From: Alphaproteobacteria bacterium
Lineage (GTDB): Bacteria > Pseudomonadota > Alphaproteobacteria > Rickettsiales > UBA8987
Direction of reading: 5' to 3'
NCBI GenBank assembly: GCA_031426355.1
Contig: JANPLD010000118.1
Location: forward strand, 3,477 to 67,476
DNA: 64,000 nt
The stretch's first letter is position 1. Each line of letters opens with the position of its first letter. This document shows positions 9,369 to 18,814 of the stretch, in pieces. A program made the position numbers and the translations under genes. Below the pieces are notes generated by a model, which ran no database searches, was not told where the DNA came from, and saw only the letters and a program-made list of their open reading frames with translations.

Positions 9369-10595
9369 TCAAAATGCTTTCGTGGGAACCTTTGTACCAG
9401 GAGACTTATTTTCCAGATTATAATTGTAATTTAAGTTACCAATTTGCCTGAGTGATAATGCTGTTTTTTGTATCTTGCTTATATCTTCGAGTGAAAGGTC
9501 TCCATCATTTCCAAATTGCTTCATTAAATTATCCATAACTTTCTGGATGGTTTTCTCTTCTTCCACATTTACGTTAGTGAAATCCTCATTATTAACTTGA
9601 TCGGCCCATCGCTTCCTTTGCAATTTCAGCAATTGCTCATTTGCATTGAAACAATTTTCAACTGGTGGCGCATCAAGTGTTTTAACACAGATCAGATCCT
9701 CAGGGCTAAATATCTCCGATACATCAAGTGAATAATTTTCAATAATAATTTTTGCCTCCTCTGGCGTGGTCTCCCCGGTAAAATCAGGCATAACCAGCTC
9801 ATCAAGTATAACACCATTCTTATTGGCAACAACCTGACGTATCTCTGGCAATTTATAGCCTATTGATATAGCCGATCTATAATTTTCAATATACCCGGTA
9901 TAAGTTACCGCGCTGAAAGGCTTCTCACCATACTGCATTGCTATATTTTCCAGATTGGCTTGCCCTCTATCATATCTAGCCTGACCGAAAATTCCCAAGC
10001 ATACCTCTGCAAACCCGTGAAGTTCACTCCTGATTTCCACAGGTATATTAGAATTTGTATAGATATTATATGCGCTGGTTCCTGAACCAAGGTCATATTC
10101 CGTTATTATATTTTCCTTAAGGTCCTGAAATTTATTATACCATTCTTTATGATAATATTGCCCGCCGTTTATAGTAACTGGTTGATTTGCCACCAGCAGG
10201 TAACTGATAAAATCTGCTGCATGTGCAACCTCATGGGCATTCAGGCCATTTTTTGTATATACCTGTATCTGGTTTTTTGAACTTATCCCATAATCCAGTG
10301 ATTCATTTTCTCTTAACTTTACAGAAAGAACAAACTCCGTACCGGGCGAAAACGTCTTACCACTCTCAGGCCCGGTATGAAGATTGATTTTCTTACGCAA
10401 TATAGGCTTTCCCGTATCCGCATCAATTATTACCCTAAACTTTGCAAGCTTTTCTATATGCAATTTATATTGCGGGATATTTTTCATATTCCACATCATT
10501 ACATCTTTATTATAAGCTCTTTCTGAAAGGTCTTCTATGTCTTCAAAATTGAAAACCGTTTTCAGCAATTCACTATCTGTTATCGGATCAGGCAT
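9369..10595 (-). CDS. hypothetical protein with HExxH motif (putative zinc metalloprotease, orphan)
   Basis: 408 aa; single HEVAH motif (NGLNAHEVAHAADF); no other family signature recognised. Confidence 0.45.
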   Translation of the reverse strand: MPDPITDSELLKTVFNFEDIEDLSERAYNKDVMMWNMKNIPQYKLHIEKLAKFRVIIDADTGKPILRKKINLHTGPESGKTFSPGTEFVLSVKLRENESLDYGISSKNQIQVYTKNGLNAHEVAHAADFISYLLVANQPVTINGGQYYHKEWYNKFQDLKENIITEYDLGSGTSAYNIYTNSNIPVEIRSELHGFAEVCLGIFGQARYDRGQANLENIAMQYGEKPFSAVTYTGYIENYRSAISIGYKLPEIRQVVANKNGVILDELVMPDFTGETTPEEAKIIIENYSLDVSEIFSPEDLICVKTLDAPPVENCFNANEQLLKLQRKRWADQVNNEDFTNVNVEEEKTIQKVMDNLMKQFGNDGDLSLEDISKIQKTALSLRQIGNLNYNYNLENKSPGTKVPTKAF

Positions 10596-10686
10596 ATGAA
10601 ACTCAAATGATACTCAGTATATCATAAATTACATTCATTTTCAAATGCTTACTACTAGAAATTAATCCAATCTACAGATAAAATCA

Positions 10687-12162
10687 TTAAAGGCTAAGCC
10701 CTTTAAAACCGCTACTCTGCTCAATAGCATAAGCCACATCAAAACATGTTTGCTCATCCCACGGCTTTGCAAGTATCTGCAAGCCAAGAGGCAAGCCATT
10801 ATGGTCAATACCAGCCGGAACTGCTATCCCCGGTATTCCGGCAAGTGATGCTGGAATTGTGAATACGTCATTTAAAAACATTTTAACCGGATCATCTTGG
10901 TTCTCACCAATTTCAAACGCAGAAGATGGAGCCGTTGGAGTTAACAACGCATCAACCTGCTTAAACGCATTCTCAAAATCACGAGCGATCAAAGTACGTA
11001 CCCTTTGCGCCTTGATATAATAAGCGTCATAATATCCCGCGGAAAGAACATAAGTCCCTATCATTATTCTGCGCTTCACCTCATCACCAAAAGCTTCCGC
11101 TCTAGTTTTTTCATACATCTCATCAAGAGTAGAGAATTTCTCAGAAGTTCTATGGCCATATCTTACGCCGTCATATCTCGCCAAATTCGAAGATGCCTCA
11201 GCTGGCGCAATAGTATAATAAACCGGCAACGCAAATTTAGTATGCGGCAATGATACTTCAATAATTTCCGCGCCGCGCGCCTTTAGCATTTCCGCACCTT
11301 TATTCCATATATCCTTAATCTCATCAGGCATACCATCAACATTATATTCTTTAGGAATTCCTATCTTTTTTCCTTTAAGATCAGCAGTAATATTTGAATA
11401 CCAGTCAGGCACTTTCATATCTACCGAAGTAGAATCATTCTCATCAAACCCCGCAATCGCCTGTTGAACAAGCGCCGTATCTTTAACGGTTTTACATATC
11501 GGCCCCGCCTGATCAAGTGAACTTGCGAATGCCACCACACCCCAGCGTGAACATCTGCCATATGTTGGCTTCATACCAACCAGCCCGCAAAATGCTGCCG
11601 GTTGACGAATTGAACCACCAGTGTCAGTACCAAGTGAAATAACCGAACTATCTTCCGCAACCGAAGCCGCAGAACCACCTGAAGAACCACCCGGCACAAG
11701 CTGCGCATCAGGTTTATTCTTATTTTTCCACGGATTGATCACATTACCAAAAGCACTAGTGATATTCGCAGAACCCATTGCGAACTGGTCAAGGTTGGTC
11801 TTACCGATCATCACCGCACCCTGCCCGAATAACCTCTGCGTAACTTTAGATTCATATTGCGGAATAAAATTTTCCAGCATTTTTGAAGCCGCCGTTGAAC
11901 GCACACCTTTAGTACAGAATAGATCTTTCACCGCCACTGGCACACCCTCAAGCAAGCGTAATTCTTCACCTTTCGCTATCCTCGCATCCACCGCCTTAGC
12001 CTGCTCAAGCGCCACTTCAGGCGTTAGAGTTATATATGAATTAGATTTCGGATTACTTGCCGCAGCAGCATCAATATAGCTTTTCGCCACTTCAACCGCG
12101 TTGAATTTCTTGGCTTTTAAGCCTTCTTTAACTTTTTCTGCTGTTAATTTGTTCAAACTCAT
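10687..12162 (-). CDS. gatA: Asp/Glu-tRNA amidotransferase subunit A
   Basis: 491 aa; amidase signature [24 protein letters not shown]. Confidence 0.95.
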   Translation of the reverse strand: MSLNKLTAEKVKEGLKAKKFNAVEVAKSYIDAAAASNPKSNSYITLTPEVALEQAKAVDARIAKGEELRLLEGVPVAVKDLFCTKGVRSTAASKMLENFIPQYESKVTQRLFGQGAVMIGKTNLDQFAMGSANITSAFGNVINPWKNKNKPDAQLVPGGSSGGSAASVAEDSSVISLGTDTGGSIRQPAAFCGLVGMKPTYGRCSRWGVVAFASSLDQAGPICKTVKDTALVQQAIAGFDENDSTSVDMKVPDWYSNITADLKGKKIGIPKEYNVDGMPDEIKDIWNKGAEMLKARGAEIIEVSLPHTKFALPVYYTIAPAEASSNLARYDGVRYGHRTSEKFSTLDEMYEKTRAEAFGDEVKRRIMIGTYVLSAGYYDAYYIKAQRVRTLIARDFENAFKQVDALLTPTAPSSAFEIGENQDDPVKMFLNDVFTIPASLAGIPGIAVPAGIDHNGLPLGLQILAKPWDEQTCFDVAYAIEQSSGFKGLSL

Positions 12163-12234
12163 GATTTTCCTATAATTTCAGAATGTTAACTCAATTAAGG
12201 CAAATTACAGAAACCTTCAAGTTTTTTGTTTCTG

Positions 12235-12266
12235 TTAAGGGTTTATTAAGGGTTATATGCTAGAAT
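12235..12266 (+). promoter_or_regulatory. CtrA-type box plus -10: TTAA-gggttta-TTAAG-ggttatatgc-TAGAAT
   Basis: 11-bp phased TTAAGG direct repeat, N10, -10-like hexamer ending 26 nt before GTG 12293. Confidence 0.5.
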
Positions 12267-12292
12267 TATTGTTATAATCAAAGACAACTTAA

Positions 12293-13327
12293 GTGACTAA
12301 TAAAACTGAACATTTGGATAATCTTGAAAAACTAAACACCATTTTCAATCGGGTATTTAGAACCCACGAAGACGAGAGCGGTCTATATTACGTTACAATG
12401 GCACGTTTTGTTGTGCCACAAGGATTATGGGCCATTGATGAAGCCAAAAACAAATTTACATCATTAAACCCACCAAGTGATTATGAGACGGCTGCAAATT
12501 ATGGATTTTTAATAAGATTAAATATTGATGAACAAAAAAACGGCCTATTGAAAACTATTTTCAATGATAACCAAGTAACAACCTATCCATTTGTCGACTG
12601 TGAAACATATCCAAACTGTTACAATGGCGGGATGGCTTTACCTGTTGAACTTATTAATAAAACCGGTTTAGAAACCGCTTATCAAAGAACGCTTTTAGAA
12701 AAACAGCAAAACACTTTTAAGCCAATAGAATGGCAATATAATATTGATAAGCAAGTTGATCCAAAAGAAATAGAAAAAATTCCTGAATATATAAAACAAT
12801 GGGAAACAAAAATTTATCAGTTTAGATCAAAAGCCATTACTGATGGGTTTTACACAATTGATCCAGATACTGGAAAGGGATATTTATCTGTTTCAAAAGA
12901 TAAAGCCAAACCGCAAGATGCTGTTAAGGATTTAATTTCTAAGTTTCTATCTGGCAACGAAGAAATTAAACAGGTTGAAATAAAAATTTCAGAGATGCTA
13001 GAGTACGGAAAAAATAAAATTGAAATGCATCAGGAATTTCCAAGGGAATTTATCAAATCCTTTACAAAAGATCGGCTTCAAAAAGTAACTGATAGCCTTA
13101 TAGAAGTTTACAAACTGGTCTCATCAAAAGAAAAACCAGAAGCTGCAACCTATCAGGAACAACTTAAGAAAGCAGTTAACGATTTCACTGGAACTGTTAA
13201 AGAAGCAGGTAAAATGGTTTTTAAATCAAATACTGTAAAACAGCTAGATACCTATGCAAAAGAAATCACTGAAGCTTTAAATATAAATTTAGGCCAAAAA
13301 GGAAACGATAGGGCTCTTTATAATTAG
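12293..13327 (+). CDS. hypothetical protein (orphan), inserted antisense between gatC and gatA
   Basis: 344-aa ORF (GTG start in track), K/E-rich C-terminal helical half, no motif recognised. Confidence 0.5.
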   Translation: MTNKTEHLDNLEKLNTIFNRVFRTHEDESGLYYVTMARFVVPQGLWAIDEAKNKFTSLNPPSDYETAANYGFLIRLNIDEQKNGLLKTIFNDNQVTTYPFVDCETYPNCYNGGMALPVELINKTGLETAYQRTLLEKQQNTFKPIEWQYNIDKQVDPKEIEKIPEYIKQWETKIYQFRSKAITDGFYTIDPDTGKGYLSVSKDKAKPQDAVKDLISKFLSGNEEIKQVEIKISEMLEYGKNKIEMHQEFPREFIKSFTKDRLQKVTDSLIEVYKLVSSKEKPEAATYQEQLKKAVNDFTGTVKEAGKMVFKSNTVKQLDTYAKEITEALNINLGQKGNDRALYN

Positions 13328-13336
13328 TTTTTTTCT

Positions 13337-13636
13337 TTATCCGTTATCTACCACTTTAGGCACCACAAAACAGCCAAATTGGGATTTAGGGGCATTTTTC
13401 AACACCTCATCACGCATGCTACCATCCTTAACCTCGTCCTTTTCCCTTGTGCGGAGCGTATAACCACCCACACCCGCCATTTCCGGCACGCCATCAGTGT
13501 TAACATTATTAAGGTCATCTATCATATGGAATATATTACCAAGATCCTTGGTAAATTTCTCAACCTCCCCTGCGCGAAGCTCAATACGAGCTAGTTTTGC
13601 CACTTTAACCACATCTTTTGCCGCTATGCTTGTCAT
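13337..13636 (-). CDS. gatC: Asp/Glu-tRNA amidotransferase subunit C
   Basis: 99 aa; VAKLARIEL...E...F..DL..I...IDDLN.V.TDGV pattern of GatC. Confidence 0.85.
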   Translation of the reverse strand: MTSIAAKDVVKVAKLARIELRAGEVEKFTKDLGNIFHMIDDLNNVNTDGVPEMAGVGGYTLRTREKDEVKDGSMRDEVLKNAPKSQFGCFVVPKVVDNG

Positions 13637-13771
13637 AATTATTTACTTCTAATTTTCTTATCTTTTTAACCCCTGCTAAAAAAAAATCAATTCTATGTTG
13701 CAGAAATGTCATTCTTGCTGTATGTTCCCAAAAAATGATTCATAGCTGAAACAGGCTTTAAGGGGGTTTTT

Positions 13772-14038
13772 ATGTATCCAAATATCATTCAGGATTTCAC
13801 CAATAACCATCCCGAATTTAAATTCAAGATACATTACCTAAAATATACTAACAAAGATATTTCTAAAATCTATTCCGAATCAAAACTTATTGAAAAGGAA
13901 ATAAACTACACTGAGAATTATATTGAAAATAGTAATTATGTTGAACGCCTCAAAGCAAGGCTAACTGAGCTAAGCGAAAACTTAAATACCTTAAGCATCA
14001 ATAAAACTTTACAAAAATCGCACGTAACATTACTATAA
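13772..14038 (+). CDS. hypothetical small protein
   Basis: 88-aa ORF with strong SD (aaggggg) 6 nt upstream and sigma70-like ttgcag-N17-tatgtt; no motif. Confidence 0.4.
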   Translation: MYPNIIQDFTNNHPEFKFKIHYLKYTNKDISKIYSESKLIEKEINYTENYIENSNYVERLKARLTELSENLNTLSINKTLQKSHVTLL

Positions 14039-14044
14039 TTGTTT

Positions 14045-14365
14045 CTAGAATTTATATCCAAGCCCGAGCAATACCGCTGGAGACATTCCATTCTTTGCTT
14101 CAGTACGTGTAGCTTCCACAGTATTTAATGAAGCCTTTTCAATTTGGTCATCATTACGTTTGAAGCCCATATCCATACCGATGGTCCAGCCATCATTGAT
14201 CACATATCCTAAATTAGCCCCCACTGCTTTAGAACCTGCGCCGGCTGTTAGATAAGCATTATCAATTAGCTCTTTACTGCTTAATAATTTAATATTTTCT
14301 GCAGAAGCGCCGGATACATTTATAAATGTCATCACAGCTGCCAAGATTAAAAAAGACTTTTTCAT
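14045..14365 (-). CDS. small secreted outer-membrane-like protein
   Basis: 106 aa; signal peptide MKKSFLILAAVMTFINVSGASA, C-terminal LGLGYKF aromatic terminus typical of OM beta-strand proteins. Confidence 0.5.
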   Translation of the reverse strand: MKKSFLILAAVMTFINVSGASAENIKLLSSKELIDNAYLTAGAGSKAVGANLGYVINDGWTIGMDMGFKRNDDQIEKASLNTVEATRTEAKNGMSPAVLLGLGYKF

Positions 14366-14550
14366 AATTCCCCCAAATTATCTAATAATACAGGTTTTAC
14401 CCTGTTCCCTGAAATATTATTACATGATGAGGCCTTTGGTTGCCAGAAAAATCAACCTAGTGTTGCACGATAACTATTCAGATTAAACCTGAATTATTTA
14501 AAATATTTATGAAAGTTTTAAGTGTAATTGCTGGAAACCCACCGCGGATA

Positions 14551-15159
14551 CTAGGCAATAGCGCGGTTTCCCTCGTCTGAGACCAGTTTTTTGATCTTAT
14601 CGGTTACCGCATCAATTGACTTGGTTCCGTCAATCTCAGCATGGAGGTTCTTCTTTTTATAGTATGGCAGAACAGGCGCCGTCTGCTCCCAGTACGTTTT
14701 CAAGCGCTTGGTAAACACTTCCGGGTTATCATCAGGACGCGGCTCCTCACCTTTGGCAAGCGCCTCATTTTTTCTCTGTTCGCTTCTGCTTTTCAGTGCT
14801 TCATCAGGAACTTTTATCTCAATGACTATATCAATTTTCTTATGCTGCTCAGAAAGCATTTTATCCAGAGCCTCTGCCTGCGCAACTGTACGCGGGAAAC
14901 CATCCAGCATGAAACCCTGCTTACAATCCGCATGCGATATCCTGTCAGCTATCATTCCAATGATTATATCATCAGAAACCAAACCACCTTCTTTCATTAT
15001 TACTTCTGCCTTTTGCCCAAGCTCAGTTTTTTCAGCCACTGCCGCGCGAAGCATGTCTCCCGTAGAAAGCTGTGGAATTCCCAATATTCCCTTCAGTATG
15101 TTTGCCTGCGTTCCCTTACCTGCTCCCGGTGGTCCAAATAAAATAATATTCTTTGTCAT
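14551..15159 (-). CDS. adk: adenylate kinase
   Basis: 202 aa; P-loop GPPGAGKGTQ, GFMLDGFPRT; downstream of secY as in alphaproteobacterial spc operons. Confidence 0.95.
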   Translation of the reverse strand: MTKNIILFGPPGAGKGTQANILKGILGIPQLSTGDMLRAAVAEKTELGQKAEVIMKEGGLVSDDIIIGMIADRISHADCKQGFMLDGFPRTVAQAEALDKMLSEQHKKIDIVIEIKVPDEALKSRSEQRKNEALAKGEEPRPDDNPEVFTKRLKTYWEQTAPVLPYYKKKNLHAEIDGTKSIDAVTDKIKKLVSDEGNRAIA

Positions 15160-15178
15160 TCGATAATAGTTAGTTAAA

Positions 15179-15237
15179 AGTTTGAGATCTGAAGCTGAAA
15201 GAAGTTATAATAATCTTCAAACTTCCAACTTCAAACT
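15179..15237. repeat. palindrome with heptad-array arms (TTGAAG/CTTCAAA family) in secY-adk spacer
   Basis: Left arm agtttgagatctgaagctgaaagaag, right arm cttcaaacttccaacttcaaact; right arm is the reverse complement of the array at 51744-51767. Confidence 0.6.
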
Positions 15238-15241
15238 AAAT

Positions 15242-16603
15242 CTACCTTTTTCTTCTTCCACCTTTCATACTGGTCTTCTTGAGAAGCCCTTCATACTGAT
15301 GCGCAATTAAATGGGAATGTATCTGCGCGATAGTATCCATAGTAACATTCACCACGATTAAAAGCGAAGTACCACCAAGATAGAACGGCACACTATATTT
15401 GGCAATAAGCAATTCCGGTATCACACATAGAATTGATAGATACGCCGCGCCCAGAACAGTTATACGGTTCATTATATAAGTGATATAATCCGCCGTATTT
15501 TTCCCCGGCCTGATCCCCGGTATAAACCCACCGTTCTTTTTCAGGTTCTCTGCAGTTTCGGTTGGGTTGAACACATTACTCATATAGAAGAAACAGAAGA
15601 ACGTTATCAGCACAACATACATAAATATATAAAGCGGCTTTCCATGCCCGAGATAAAGATTTATCGCCTGTAATATCTCATTCTCAGAACCACCCGTTCC
15701 CATTGAAAACCCCGATATCGTTGCAGGGAATAACAATAGTGAAGATGCGAATATCGGAGGTAACACACCAGCAGTATTTAATTTTAGTGGCAGATAAGTA
15801 TTCTCACCCTGGTATTGCTTATTACCAACTGTTCTTTTCGGATATTGCACTATCAGCCTGCGTTGCGCCCTTTCCATAAATACTATGAATGCTATCAGCG
15901 CCGCTATAAGCACAACTATCAGGATAATGAATGTAGTTGAGATAGCGCCCGTTCTGCCAAGCTCAAAAGTTTTTGAGATAGCAGAAGGTAAGTTCGCCAC
16001 GATACCTGCAAATATGATCAGTGATATCCCGTTGCCGATACCTCTGGAAGTTATCTGCTCACCGAGCCACATCAGGAACAATGTTCCGCCGATCAGGGAT
16101 ATAACTATCGTTACTGTAAATAATACTCCCGGATTTAACACCGCGGTCTGCCCGTCCAGATTAATGGATTGCAGATATGAAGCTATACCATAACCCTGAA
16201 TACCCGCCATAAACACCGTACCAACACGTGTATACTGCTGTATCTTCCTTCTACCTGCCTCACCGCCATCCTTACGTAACTGGCTAAGCGCCGGATACAT
16301 CACTGTTACCAGCTGCACTACAATTGATACCGTGATATAAGGCATAACGTTAAGTGCGAATATGGTCATACGGCTAAGCGCGCCGCCTGAGAACATATCA
16401 AATATACCAAGTATGCCCTGCGAATGCATTTCAAACATTCTGTTAAGCACCCTTGAATCAACACCCGGGAGAGGAATATAAGTTCCTAAACGATATACAA
16501 GTAAAGCCCCGAGAACGAACAGAAGCCTTTTTTTGAGTTCCTGAGCCTTACCAAACGCGGAAAGGTTTATATTGGAAGCCATTTTTTCAAAACTGGAAGC
16601 CAT
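15242..16603 (-). CDS. secY: preprotein translocase subunit SecY
   Basis: 453 aa, 10 TM pattern, GALSRMTIFALNVMPYIT, GIGNGISLIIFAGIV. Confidence 0.95.
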   Translation of the reverse strand: MASSFEKMASNINLSAFGKAQELKKRLLFVLGALLVYRLGTYIPLPGVDSRVLNRMFEMHSQGILGIFDMFSGGALSRMTIFALNVMPYITVSIVVQLVTVMYPALSQLRKDGGEAGRRKIQQYTRVGTVFMAGIQGYGIASYLQSINLDGQTAVLNPGVLFTVTIVISLIGGTLFLMWLGEQITSRGIGNGISLIIFAGIVANLPSAISKTFELGRTGAISTTFIILIVVLIAALIAFIVFMERAQRRLIVQYPKRTVGNKQYQGENTYLPLKLNTAGVLPPIFASSLLLFPATISGFSMGTGGSENEILQAINLYLGHGKPLYIFMYVVLITFFCFFYMSNVFNPTETAENLKKNGGFIPGIRPGKNTADYITYIMNRITVLGAAYLSILCVIPELLIAKYSVPFYLGGTSLLIVVNVTMDTIAQIHSHLIAHQYEGLLKKTSMKGGRRKR

Positions 16604-16716
16604 TTTATGGTATTTATTAGTGGTTATTACGGCTACATTGAATCCGCATATTTCGCTTGGGTTCTAAACGAAAAAAACATATGAATAAATAGAAATTTAC
16701 AAAATAAATACAAGCT

Positions 16717-16748
16717 TTAACGTTTTGTTAACCAAGATTATGTATATT
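16717..16748 (+). promoter_or_regulatory. CtrA-type box plus -10: TTAA-cgttttg-TTAAC-caagattatg-TATATT
   Basis: Perfect TTAA-N7-TTAAC, N10, -10-like hexamer ending 22 nt before ATG 16771 (SD aggaaa). Confidence 0.6.
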
Positions 16749-16770
16749 CTAATAAAATAGTCAGGAAATC

Positions 16771-17832
16771 ATGATACCTAAACAACCTACCGAACTAGAA
16801 AGTAATTTTCCAAAAGTTGCTAGCGCCTATAATAAGGTAAGAGAAGAACTTTATGACAGATTAAATAGCAATATGCTAAAACCTGCTGATTGGCAATTTC
16901 CCGAAATAAAAGTAGATTTAGATTTTAAATATGGCTCAACTTTTATCCCCTCAAAAAATCAAATTACTTTTTCTGGTCCAGCAGCACTTAACATGGATGA
17001 AAAAGCCATTTACGAATATATAAAAAATACAGCAATCTATTCACAAAAATTTCCTTCGGTATTTAAGGCTTATGAGAGAGCTATTAACTACACTTTAGAG
17101 AACTTACATAAAATCCCTAATAGAAGAAAGGATTGGGAGCCACCCAGATTAAATTTTACATATGAATATAATCCTGCTGGATATTCCCCGGGGGCAAACA
17201 TAATACACTTCTGCACACAAGATGCAGCAATAGGAGATAAAGATTCTACATATCACAAGTTTTGTCATGAAATTAGACATAGCCTTAATAAAATACCTTT
17301 TTTAGAAAAATTATTAGCTTCCAGAAAAACTGACACAGCTTTTAGAGCTACGGCAGTAGGATTATCACTAGCCGCAGGATTATATGCAAAAATGACTGGC
17401 CAAAATGTAGCTAGTTCATTTTCGCTAATGGCATTTTCAACTACCGCACTTTATAATTATTTTAATATTGCAAAATCACTAATGATACCTTCAGATTACA
17501 TAACAAAATCCAAAGGTAATAGAGTAGAAATTGAATGTGACACTTTTTCTGCAAATGATATATCAACTGCAAATGCCTTTATTCAACTACCACATTCCAA
17601 AGGTACCATAGGAGAAACAAAACCGATAATTGAAAATCTACCACAGGCTATAAAAATATGTTCCGAACTTTATTTACAGCCAGATTATTTAAAAAAACCA
17701 AGAAAACAAAATTTACTTCAAAATTTAGGGTTAGCGCCTTTTAAGCCAAAAAGTCATCCTTCCGAGGCAACTAGGTTTAGAAATATTATAGAAACTATAA
17801 CCTCTCAAGAAAACCCAAATATACAAAGATAA
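16771..17832 (+). CDS. M48-like zinc metallopeptidase (divergent), inserted antisense between rplO and secY
   Basis: 353 aa; HEIRH (HExxH), two hydrophobic segments, then NRVEIECDTFSA (compare M48 SRxxExxADxxA third-ligand motif) ~85 aa downstream and C-terminal SHPSEATRF (compare M48 sHPp...R); N-terminal internal duplication (ADWQFPEIK / KDWEPPRLN). Confidence 0.6.
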   Translation: MIPKQPTELESNFPKVASAYNKVREELYDRLNSNMLKPADWQFPEIKVDLDFKYGSTFIPSKNQITFSGPAALNMDEKAIYEYIKNTAIYSQKFPSVFKAYERAINYTLENLHKIPNRRKDWEPPRLNFTYEYNPAGYSPGANIIHFCTQDAAIGDKDSTYHKFCHEIRHSLNKIPFLEKLLASRKTDTAFRATAVGLSLAAGLYAKMTGQNVASSFSLMAFSTTALYNYFNIAKSLMIPSDYITKSKGNRVEIECDTFSANDISTANAFIQLPHSKGTIGETKPIIENLPQAIKICSELYLQPDYLKKPRKQNLLQNLGLAPFKPKSHPSEATRFRNIIETITSQENPNIQR

Positions 17833-17854
17833 TTACTAACAAATCTAAACAAAA

Positions 17855-17886
17855 ATCCCCGCCACATCATTAAAATGGGCGGGGAT
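17855..17886 (-). terminator. Rho-independent-type hairpin directly after rplO (and after the convergent M48-like gene)
   Basis: 9-bp GC-rich stem atccccgcc / ggcggggat, 14-nt loop; on the minus strand followed by tttttgttt. Confidence 0.65.
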
Positions 17887-17912
17887 TAAATTCTGTTCAA
17901 AAGAAAAACTAA

Positions 17913-18569
17913 CTATTTCTTCTCAGCTTTTGGCTTTATTGATTTAGCTTTTACAGGTCTTTTAGCTTTAGCAACCTTCGGGCCAGATTTAACACCTTCA
18001 GCTTTCGGTTCAGTCTTAGCTTTTACTGCTTTCACTTTAGGAGTTTTTCTTACTTCTTTCCTTTCAGCTTTTTTAGCTTCTTTTTCTTCTTTAGTATCGT
18101 AAACTTTGCCTGATGGCATCAATATCTTTCCACCTGCTTTCTCAACTGCTGCTTTAGCAGATTCAGATGCTTTACAAACTGATATTTCGATTTTAGATTT
18201 AAGTTCACCGCCGCCAAGAAGTTTAATTCCTGTAAGTCTGTTCTTAGTTAAACCTGCTGCTTTCAAAGTATCAGCATTTATTCCAGCTGCCTGAAGTTTA
18301 CCCGCATCAATTGCATTCTGTATGTCAGACAAGCTAACTACTTCAAATACTTTAGCAGAGAAATTATTAAAACCTCTTTTAGGAAGCCTTCTATGTATAG
18401 GCGTTTGACCACCTTCAAAACCTTTGATCGCAACACCTGAACGTGCAGTCTGGCCTTTACCGCCTCTGCCGCAAGTTTTACCTTTACCGGAACCTATTCC
18501 GCGGCCAACTCTCATCCTTCTGTGAGCCGAGCCCTGATTTCCAACTAATTTATTTAATGTAAATGTCAT
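17913..18569 (-). CDS. rplO: 50S ribosomal protein L15 with ~70-aa Lys/Ala-rich C-terminal extension
   Basis: 218 aa; N-terminal RVGRGIGSGKGKTCGRGGKGQ; tail EEKEAKKAERKEVRKTPKVKAVKAKTEPKAEGVKSGPKVAKAKRPVKAKSIKPKAEKK. Confidence 0.95.
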   Translation of the reverse strand: MTFTLNKLVGNQGSAHRRMRVGRGIGSGKGKTCGRGGKGQTARSGVAIKGFEGGQTPIHRRLPKRGFNNFSAKVFEVVSLSDIQNAIDAGKLQAAGINADTLKAAGLTKNRLTGIKLLGGGELKSKIEISVCKASESAKAAVEKAGGKILMPSGKVYDTKEEKEAKKAERKEVRKTPKVKAVKAKTEPKAEGVKSGPKVAKAKRPVKAKSIKPKAEKK

Positions 18570-18594
18570 AACACCTAAGTTTTAGTAATTTATT

Positions 18595-18789
18595 TTAACC
18601 TTCAACAACTTCTATAAGATGCTGAACTTTTTTTATCATGCCCCTTACTTCAGGAGTATCAATAAGAACTTTTTCCCTGCGGTTCTTGTTCAAGCCAAGG
18701 CCGATAAGGATCTGCTCTTGCTTATATATTCTGCCGATATGGCTTCCGATCTGCCTTACCGTGATTGTTTTTTTTGCATTTGTTGCCAT
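18595..18789 (-). CDS. rpmD: 50S ribosomal protein L30
   Basis: 64 aa; position between rpsE and rpl[10 protein letters not shown]-type motif. Confidence 0.9.
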   Translation of the reverse strand: MATNAKKTITVRQIGSHIGRIYKQEQILIGLGLNKNRREKVLIDTPEVRGMIKKVQHLIEVVEG

Positions 18790-18814
18790 AAAATCAGCTC
18801 TTATAATTCTGTTA

